Shown one piece after another: positions 39,772 through 44,948 of a stretch of DNA of 44,948 bases (position 1 is its first letter; every line of letters begins with the position of its first letter). This DNA is from a virus. Position numbers and translations under genes: made by a program. The stretch lies in the IMG/VR virus record IMGVR_UViG_3300033802_000183. One strand, given 5' to 3'. Below the pieces are notes generated by a model that saw nothing but the letters and a program-made list of their open reading frames with translations, did not search any database and was not told the DNA's origin.

Positions 39772-40599
39772 ATGGACGTTGAAAAACAAGAACAAAAACT
39801 TTGGGACGACATGCGCGAGAATTGGGAGTACATCGACAAAGTTTACGCTACCTACGACGAGTACAACCAATTCAAACGCGTCACATTGTCCGAAGAACAG
39901 ATAAAAGATCCACTGGAAGCCTTCTTCCGCCCAGAAAAACGCATGTTCATGGAAGATGTTTGCTTCGTCGTCGTGCGAAATGATGAGCCGTATCGAATTA
40001 TCTTTTTGAATTATAAGCGGAATGATCTTTCTTTTCTCACCGTCTTCGACAAAGACGGGGATTTGGTTGGGAAGATGATCATCCGCGTTAATGAAGATGA
40101 CGTAAGCGCATCCTTGGACAAAAAGAATCCGATCGGTTCAAAATATCTCAAGCGCGAAGCTGAGAAATATTTTTATTATGTTCAGCCAGGTTTGAGTCCG
40201 CAGCAGATGATGAAAGAGATTGAACAGAAAGCCATCGCAAAAATCGCAGGCGAGCTAAGCGACGTGATTCAATTTATTCTGGCCGCCATGCATCATGTGT
40301 TACATACCGTCGAAGTCCGGACCGTTTCCAGCGAACCAATTGAATCTTCCCGGCCAAGCAGACCGAACCAAGGCCGTAGAAGTGCAACCATTGTTCCAAA
40401 GAAATTGACTCGTATTGTTTACGAGGGCCGGAAGGTTAGAAAAGCGCAAAGAAAAGAATTTACGCAACACGTCGATTCATGGAAGGTACGTGGTCATTGG
40501 CGGATTTACTCCGACGGCAAACGAACCTGGGTCAAGCCACATATAAAGGGTAGAAAATCAAAAAAATACCGCCCACGCGGGACGGAATACAAGATATAA
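39772..40599 (+). CDS. Island protein 6, hypothetical with a highly basic C-terminal domain (275 aa)
   Basis: GGGAGGG SD. The C-terminus WKVRGHWRIYSDGKRTWVKPHIKGRKSKKYRPRG suggests nucleic-acid binding. Confidence 0.65.
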   Translation: MDVEKQEQKLWDDMRENWEYIDKVYATYDEYNQFKRVTLSEEQIKDPLEAFFRPEKRMFMEDVCFVVVRNDEPYRIIFLNYKRNDLSFLTVFDKDGDLVGKMIIRVNEDDVSASLDKKNPIGSKYLKREAEKYFYYVQPGLSPQQMMKEIEQKAIAKIAGELSDVIQFILAAMHHVLHTVEVRTVSSEPIESSRPSRPNQGRRSATIVPKKLTRIVYEGRKVRKAQRKEFTQHVDSWKVRGHWRIYSDGKRTWVKPHIKGRKSKKYRPRGTEYKI

Positions 40600-41067
40600 T
40601 TATGCTGATTTCTTCACTTTCTCTCTTGCCCTCTCCACGTATCGTTGTACTGTGCCGCGAGATATTTTTAACTCCTTAGCAATTTCTGTGTAACTCATCC
40701 CGTAGCACATATGAAGCAGATAACACTGTCTTTCCCGCGTGGAGAGGGTCCACAGTATATCGACAATCCTGCGTTTTTCTTCATCCGTTAGCGTCCGTTC
40801 TTCCGGTTCAATGTCCAATGATGGAAACAATGCCGGATCCAATAGTGCGGTTCTGTGATACACATTCATTTTTTCGATTCCCCGCCGGTTACCTGGGCGC
40901 CGACCGGTTTTCATCCATTGCAGGGCGTAATTCATGTCACGTACCATTCCACCTACAATGCCGCGTTCTATATTCTCATACAAGTCTTCTTTGTTCAGAC
41001 TTTCTCTATATTTTTCCAATTCTTTTTTGGTTTCCTCGTATTCTCTGATGAGTTTATCCACCCACAT
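40600..41067 (-). CDS. Sigma-70 region-4-type regulator (candidate late-gene activator)
   Basis: LSTRERQCYLLHMCYGMSYTEIAKELKISRGTVQRYVERAREKV is a region-4 HTH. It is the last gene of the early operon. Confidence 0.8.
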   Translation of the reverse strand: MWVDKLIREYEETKKELEKYRESLNKEDLYENIERGIVGGMVRDMNYALQWMKTGRRPGNRRGIEKMNVYHRTALLDPALFPSLDIEPEERTLTDEEKRRIVDILWTLSTRERQCYLLHMCYGMSYTEIAKELKISRGTVQRYVERAREKVKKSA

Positions 41068-41135
41068 TACCCCCTCACCCCTCGTATATGGTATACTAGT
41101 GGTGAGAACACCCTTTCCCCTTTATGGGGATTTTT

Positions 41136-41318
41136 TTATCCCAGTTTTTGGCCTAACTTTAGTAACTCTTTACCGATCCTGCATTTTGCGCAAACGGCTA
41201 GATATTCTTTTGGTGGGCGCTTAAATTTGCTTTTCTCCGGGCAATCATCACACTGGTCAAGCAGTTCACAAATTTTCAGGCGGATTTGTTTCTTTTTGGT
41301 TTTCTGCATATTTATCAC
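41136..41318 (-). CDS. Small zinc-finger protein
   Basis: CDDCPEKS...CAKC, 60 aa. Confidence 0.6.
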   Translation of the reverse strand: MINMQKTKKKQIRLKICELLDQCDDCPEKSKFKRPPKEYLAVCAKCRIGKELLKLGQKLG

Positions 41319-41478
41319 CTATCCGTTTTAATAAAAATTCAATTTCTGTTAAATGCACCAAAATAATTGACAAAAGAAAAAGGAAACTAAATACGTAATC
41401 TTTTGTGAAAAGCGTAGTTATAAAAGCGATAAAACCTAAAGTTTCTATAACTAGCCTCAAGGATGATCGAAAATTCAA
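41266..41478 (-). CDS. Small membrane protein
   Basis: 70 aa with two hydrophobic helices. It overlaps the next ORF by about 50 nt, so its limits are uncertain. Confidence 0.45.
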   Translation of the reverse strand: MNFRSSLRLVIETLGFIAFITTLFTKDYVFSFLFLLSIILVHLTEIEFLLKRIGDKYAENQKETNPPENL

Positions 41479-41645
41479 TGTTCACACACTCCTTTTGTGC
41501 AGTCCATTCCATATGCGACTGATTCGTCAACAATCTTCACTGCCTGTTCCTCATTCATCCCGCAGAACGGGCATTTTTCGCCTTTTTCCACTACTTGCGG
41601 GCCGTAATTGTCTACGACTTTCGGGCAATCGTGTAACCATATCAT
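41475..41645 (-). CDS. Small Cys-containing protein
   Basis: Trimmed to the ATG at 41645 (ATGA overlap). Contains CP...CPFCG...C. Confidence 0.55.
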   Translation of the reverse strand: MIWLHDCPKVVDNYGPQVVEKGEKCPFCGMNEEQAVKIVDESVAYGMDCTKGVCEH

Positions 41646-42358
41646 TCCACCGTCACCCCGATTTCTGCTAGAATATCGCGGGCGCATTTGCCGTTGTCAA
41701 GGTTAATGGGCGCCCATTTTGCGTGAATTATATTTCCAGCATCGTCCCATTCAACGTCTCCTTCATATGTTTCCTCGTCCCCGTAAAACTGCAACCCCTC
41801 GATCAGCTTGTCGCGTTCCTCGCGCAACCGCTCGACCATTTCTCCAAGAAACACGGAACGCTCAACTTGCCTGTCGTATTGCCCTTTCCAAAAATCCCGT
41901 TCCTCCCGCAGTTTGCGGTTTTCCTCTTCACTTTCAAACAAGGCACTCCGCAATTCATGCATCATCTTTGCTCTTTCGCCGTATACGCATTGACCGCAAA
42001 ACTTTGTCTCTCGCAATCCGTCTTTCTCGATGCCGGTTTCATATATCCCTTCATTACCGCAATTTGAGCATTTAATCCTTTCTAGTTCCTCCCGTTCCCG
42101 TTCGAGTTCGGAGAGGAGGAAACGGAGCCATTCGGGAGCGTTGGCGATGAGATGGGCATCGTTCAAAGAATTGCTTACTGTATTGTCCCTAACATTAAAA
42201 TGCGGCATATCAATATTCGGCCCAAGTATCCTCGGCTTTAGATGCGATGCATGTGTTTGAATCACTTCAAACGCCCACGGCCCCGGCGTTGCCTTCTCCA
42301 ACGCTTCCCGAATCTCCGCAATCTTCTTTTCCCGATCAGGCGTTTGTTGTTCACTCAT
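41642..42358 (-). CDS. Ead/Ea22-like protein
   Basis: Trimmed to MSEQQ at 42358. It has the EKATPGPW motif typical of Ea22-like proteins, plus coiled coils and CSNCG...CGQC. Confidence 0.65.
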   Translation of the reverse strand: MSEQQTPDREKKIAEIREALEKATPGPWAFEVIQTHASHLKPRILGPNIDMPHFNVRDNTVSNSLNDAHLIANAPEWLRFLLSELEREREELERIKCSNCGNEGIYETGIEKDGLRETKFCGQCVYGERAKMMHELRSALFESEEENRKLREERDFWKGQYDRQVERSVFLGEMVERLREERDKLIEGLQFYGDEETYEGDVEWDDAGNIIHAKWAPINLDNGKCARDILAEIGVTVE

Positions 42359-42758
42359 CCGATTCACCGCCTTTGATTGATTTGATGGCTTGATTCGCCA
42401 CCGAATAACCGTAATAACCTTCTTCGCCGTAATACTTTTTGATTTTCTCCAACGCTTCCACCGCTTGGTTGAGTTTGGCCCTCTCCTTCTCACGTTCTTT
42501 AGTGATTTTCACTGCTAATTCCTGAATTTTTTCCACTTCCGCTTCCTTCTCCAACAACTCCGCCACATGCGCGTTATGTGCGACGCGTTCCCGTTCCAAC
42601 TCGTCCAGCAGGAACTCGACGTCATCGGCATAATCTTGTCCGTCAACCCACGATCTATCGGTTTTCCGTGCTTCTTCAGCCGATTTCCGTATCTCCGCAA
42701 TCTTCTTTTCCCGATCTATGCTCATACTTCCTCTCATGAAAGATGTCAACCGTATCAT
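42351..42758 (-). CDS. Coiled-coil protein sharing an N-terminal segment with the Ea22-like gene
   Basis: DREKKIAEIRK is shared with the Ea22-like protein. The same 26-nt DNA string occurs in both genes. Confidence 0.6.
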   Translation of the reverse strand: MIRLTSFMRGSMSIDREKKIAEIRKSAEEARKTDRSWVDGQDYADDVEFLLDELERERVAHNAHVAELLEKEAEVEKIQELAVKITKEREKERAKLNQAVEALEKIKKYYGEEGYYGYSVANQAIKSIKGGESDE

Positions 42759-42967
42759 GCGTTTTCCTCCTTCAATTCCGCTTCAAGCTGTTCTATCGCC
42801 TTTCGCTTGCGTTCCAGAAATTCTTCATAGTATGTTGCGCAATGCCACGGCCCAAGTCCTTTTATTTTTTCCGTCTTCGCATACTCTGCCAAATCGGATT
42901 CGTAGGCACTTTTCATCAGGCGTAGCCGGATTTCCTTGGTTTCCCTGGTTTCCCTACTCATTCTCAT
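42755..42967 (-). CDS. Hypothetical protein
   Basis: 70-aa ORF with an ATGA overlap downstream. Confidence 0.55.
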   Translation of the reverse strand: MRMSRETRETKEIRLRLMKSAYESDLAEYAKTEKIKGLGPWHCATYYEEFLERKRKAIEQLEAELKEENA

Positions 42968-43133
42968 CCCTCACATGGTCAAGCAGCATGATTCCAAGCG
43001 TTTCGGCACAGTCCAGACAAAGAAAGATACTTTCTTCGCCAATTTCAATAAGCGTGTGTGTGTTATGTTTGTTCGGGTATTTGCAAGAATCACATTTCCA
43101 ATTAGGTTGATGTGGCGTTGAAATACTTATCAT
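42954..43133 (-). CDS. Small Zn-ribbon protein
   Basis: Trimmed to the ATG at 43133 (ATGA overlap with the yopX-like stop). Contains CDSC...CLDC. Confidence 0.55.
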   Translation of the reverse strand: MISISTPHQPNWKCDSCKYPNKHNTHTLIEIGEESIFLCLDCAETLGIMLLDHVRDENE

Positions 43134-43504
43134 TCGTTCTCGTCTCCTTTCAGCAGTTCGGGGTTGTCCCATATGTTGCCGATGACCTTACCGTCAAGAA
43201 TGCTTTTGTCTATGAAATAGGCTTCTCCTGATCCATATGGGCTTGCACATAATCCGAATTTTCCGCCATCTCGTTCTTCCGTTCCGATAGGCTCAACGAG
43301 CCAAGGCGTTCCATCCACATCCAGAATATCCCCTTCATAAATCTCTTTCCCGTTCTTGTCGCGTAGTCCGGTTTCCCACATATATATCGGATTTTCTGTC
43401 TCCAGATGCTTTTCAAAGCGAAATCCAAGCATATCATCAAACTGCTCCACGCGCCCATAAAGCATTTCGTTCAGCACATCGTCCCAAACTCTGACTTTAC
43501 GCAT
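43130..43504 (-). CDS. YopX-family protein
   Basis: DKNGKEIYEGDIL ... GNIWDNPELL is the YopX signature. Confidence 0.85.
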   Translation of the reverse strand: MRKVRVWDDVLNEMLYGRVEQFDDMLGFRFEKHLETENPIYMWETGLRDKNGKEIYEGDILDVDGTPWLVEPIGTEERDGGKFGLCASPYGSGEAYFIDKSILDGKVIGNIWDNPELLKGDENE

Positions 43505-43601
43505 CGTTCCCGTCTCCTTTCGGCTTGTCATACACCTTAGCCCGATCCTGCATATACTGGGCGGCCCGTTTCAGGATCGACAATGCACTCACATTTTCCA
43601 T
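43497..43601 (-). CDS. 34-aa peptide resembling the N-terminus of 2485..2766 (possible gene remnant)
   Basis: MENVSALSILKRAAQYMQDRAKVYDKPKGDGNDA compares with ...AQAAFHISERAKTYDKPEGERS. GAGGTGG SD. Confidence 0.35.
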   Translation of the reverse strand: MENVSALSILKRAAQYMQDRAKVYDKPKGDGNDA

Positions 43602-43666
43602 GCCGTTACCACCTCAATATCCGTTTTTCTGCCGCTCAAAAGCGGCCATCTTTCGGTCAATTTTTC

Positions 43667-43933
43667 TCAATCGTCAAGATCATAAAATCTATCGACCTCT
43701 TCCTTGGTCTCTTTTCGCAGAATAAACTCTTTCGTGTGCGGTACATATGTTGCCGTAAACGATGCTGTATGACCTGATTTACCAACCCAAATCCGGATCG
43801 TATTATCTCCAGCCGGCCTATAGTCATTGATCACTTGCACCATATCCGGATTTCGCATACAAAACAGTTTATAAATATCGCCGTATGTTTTTACCTCTTC
43901 CATTCCGCCACCTTGCGGGCGACTTCGGATCAT
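43667..43933 (-). CDS. Hypothetical protein
   Basis: Trimmed to the ATG at 43933 (TAATG overlap, GGAGG SD). Confidence 0.6.
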   Translation of the reverse strand: MIRSRPQGGGMEEVKTYGDIYKLFCMRNPDMVQVINDYRPAGDNTIRIWVGKSGHTASFTATYVPHTKEFILRKETKEEVDRFYDLDD

Positions 43934-44124
43934 TATTCGTTCGCCTCCTTGTAGAAAGCTAAGAGTTCCTTTGAAGGAAAAAGAACAGAACTTCGACATT
44001 TCGGATCTTGGCAGTCATACCAAATACCACACCATTTTTGTTCAGGCGTTTGTTTTTCTAGTGGGCGCAAAATCATTTCCCCGTGAGATGGGTCATTTGG
44101 ACATGTGGGAACTTTTGTTTTCAA
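43933..44124 (-). CDS. Small Cys-containing protein
   Basis: Trimmed to the TTG at 44124 after GGGGGG. An alternative ATG is at 44076. Confidence 0.45.
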   Translation of the reverse strand: MKTKVPTCPNDPSHGEMILRPLEKQTPEQKWCGIWYDCQDPKCRSSVLFPSKELLAFYKEANE

Positions 44125-44707
44125 ATGGGATCCCCCCCTTCTCCGTCGCGTTGATGCCGGGGACTGTGATGCCGAGTAAATCCAATACATTGCAAATATC
44201 AGTCATTCGTTGCTCATACTCAATGGCAGCATCACGATATTTTGTTCGATTTCGCAATTCTTCAAGTTTGCGATAATATTCCCTCACCCGTTCCGGCGCG
44301 GATGGTTCGGTTGTGGTGGAGAGGGCTTCGTCGATTCGATCAAGTATTTTCTTCACGTCACCGTCATCTGTTTCTTTCAGATATCCGAACTCATATGCGT
44401 TCAATATTCCGGTTCTTACGAAATCCAACGCCTCCCGCAGACGCTGGATTTCGGTTTGATAATGTTCATACTTCCGCTGAAAATCCTCGTAGTTTTGCAG
44501 GAAATCTTCAAAGTTTTTCATTTGTTCGGCATCGAATGCGCCGGATTGGATTAAACCAATTGCCACCAGATGCGTATCAATTCGAACCTCACATGTTTCG
44601 TTTAGCGAATGACTACCGTCCTTAAACATCTTACGGAATTGCTTCCAGTGCTCGATTCGTTCTTTGTGCCACTCCAACACCGCTTTTTTGTTCAGGTATT
44701 CACTCAC
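44093..44707 (-). CDS. Hypothetical coiled-coil protein
   Basis: 204-aa ORF. Confidence 0.65.
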   Translation of the reverse strand: MSEYLNKKAVLEWHKERIEHWKQFRKMFKDGSHSLNETCEVRIDTHLVAIGLIQSGAFDAEQMKNFEDFLQNYEDFQRKYEHYQTEIQRLREALDFVRTGILNAYEFGYLKETDDGDVKKILDRIDEALSTTTEPSAPERVREYYRKLEELRNRTKYRDAAIEYEQRMTDICNVLDLLGITVPGINATEKGGIPFENKSSHMSK

Positions 44708-44722
44708 TCGCGTTCGCTCCTT

Positions 44723-44926
44723 TCACATCTCACGAATTTCACGTTCCAATTCAGCGCCGCACTTGTTGCAAAAGATGTTGTATTGGTCGCGGACAAACGG
44801 TTTTTCGCACACAGCACAAACCGCACCGCCCATTCCTCGCCAACATTCGGTGCAAATTGGGAACGTTTTTCCGTTCTCCTCCACCATGCCTACAGCGTCG
44901 TTAATGTTGCACAGATCGCACAACAT
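44723..44926 (-). CDS. Small double Zn-ribbon protein
   Basis: CDLC...CTEC...CAVC...CNKC. Its 5' part is duplicated at 1-105 by the assembly overlap. Confidence 0.6.
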   Translation of the reverse strand: MLCDLCNINDAVGMVEENGKTFPICTECWRGMGGAVCAVCEKPFVRDQYNIFCNKCGAELEREIREM

Positions 44927-44948
44927 CAGGCATCACATCCCACATTTC
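44822..44948. repeat. Terminal direct repeat, copy 2
   Basis: Identical to 1-127. It duplicates the 5' part of CDS 44723..44926. Confidence 0.95.

Larger units (their letters stand above)
1..44948. mobile_element. Complete temperate phage genome, circularly closed contig (unique length about 44821 bp)
   Basis: All phage modules are present (lysogeny, replication, packaging, head, tail, lysis). Both ends are identical over 127 bp. Confidence 0.9.

Overview
The window is one complete temperate phage genome of about 44.8 kb. The host is probably Bacillales or Paenibacillus-like, inferred from an SLH-domain endolysin, a YolD-like gene, Cheo-type SOS boxes and sigma-A promoters. Bases 1-127 are identical to 44822-44948, so this is a circularly closed contig with a 127-bp assembly overlap. 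Modules, read on the minus strand: (1) An early/replication operon starts at a consensus promoter at 11641-11669 and runs down to base 140, then wraps to 44926-40600. It encodes a Cro-like HTH, a chain of micro-ORFs, Gp157-like, ERF, SSB, an HNH-like nuclease, a DnaD-like initiator with internal iterons, a DnaC/DnaI-like loader, RusA, a PAPS-reductase-like protein, dUTPase, YopX, Ea22-like proteins, many small Zn-ribbon proteins and a terminal sigma-like regulator. (2) The late operon spans 37154-17102: TerS, TerL, portal, scaffold, capsid, adaptor, beta-helix tailspike, hub, a 1351-aa giant protein and a lysis cassette (XhlA-like, amidase-SLH, holin). There is no tape measure or tail tube, so the virion is podovirus-like. 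(3) The lysogeny region holds a CI-like repressor, an EF-hand membrane protein, a secreted protein and a large serine integrase. Main candidates for novelty: a promoter- and terminator-bounded, 58% GC, ORF-free region of about 500 nt at 15856-16367 (candidate large structured ncRNA); a plus-strand six-gene island of unknown function with its own consensus promoter (37334-40599) between the early and late operons; a 26-aa hydrophobic toxin-like cassette lying antisense inside the tail module (23855-24126); and a conserved ACACCC-N4-GGGTGT hairpin family that punctuates the late operon. All functional calls come from my reading of the translations and motifs; no database search was run.
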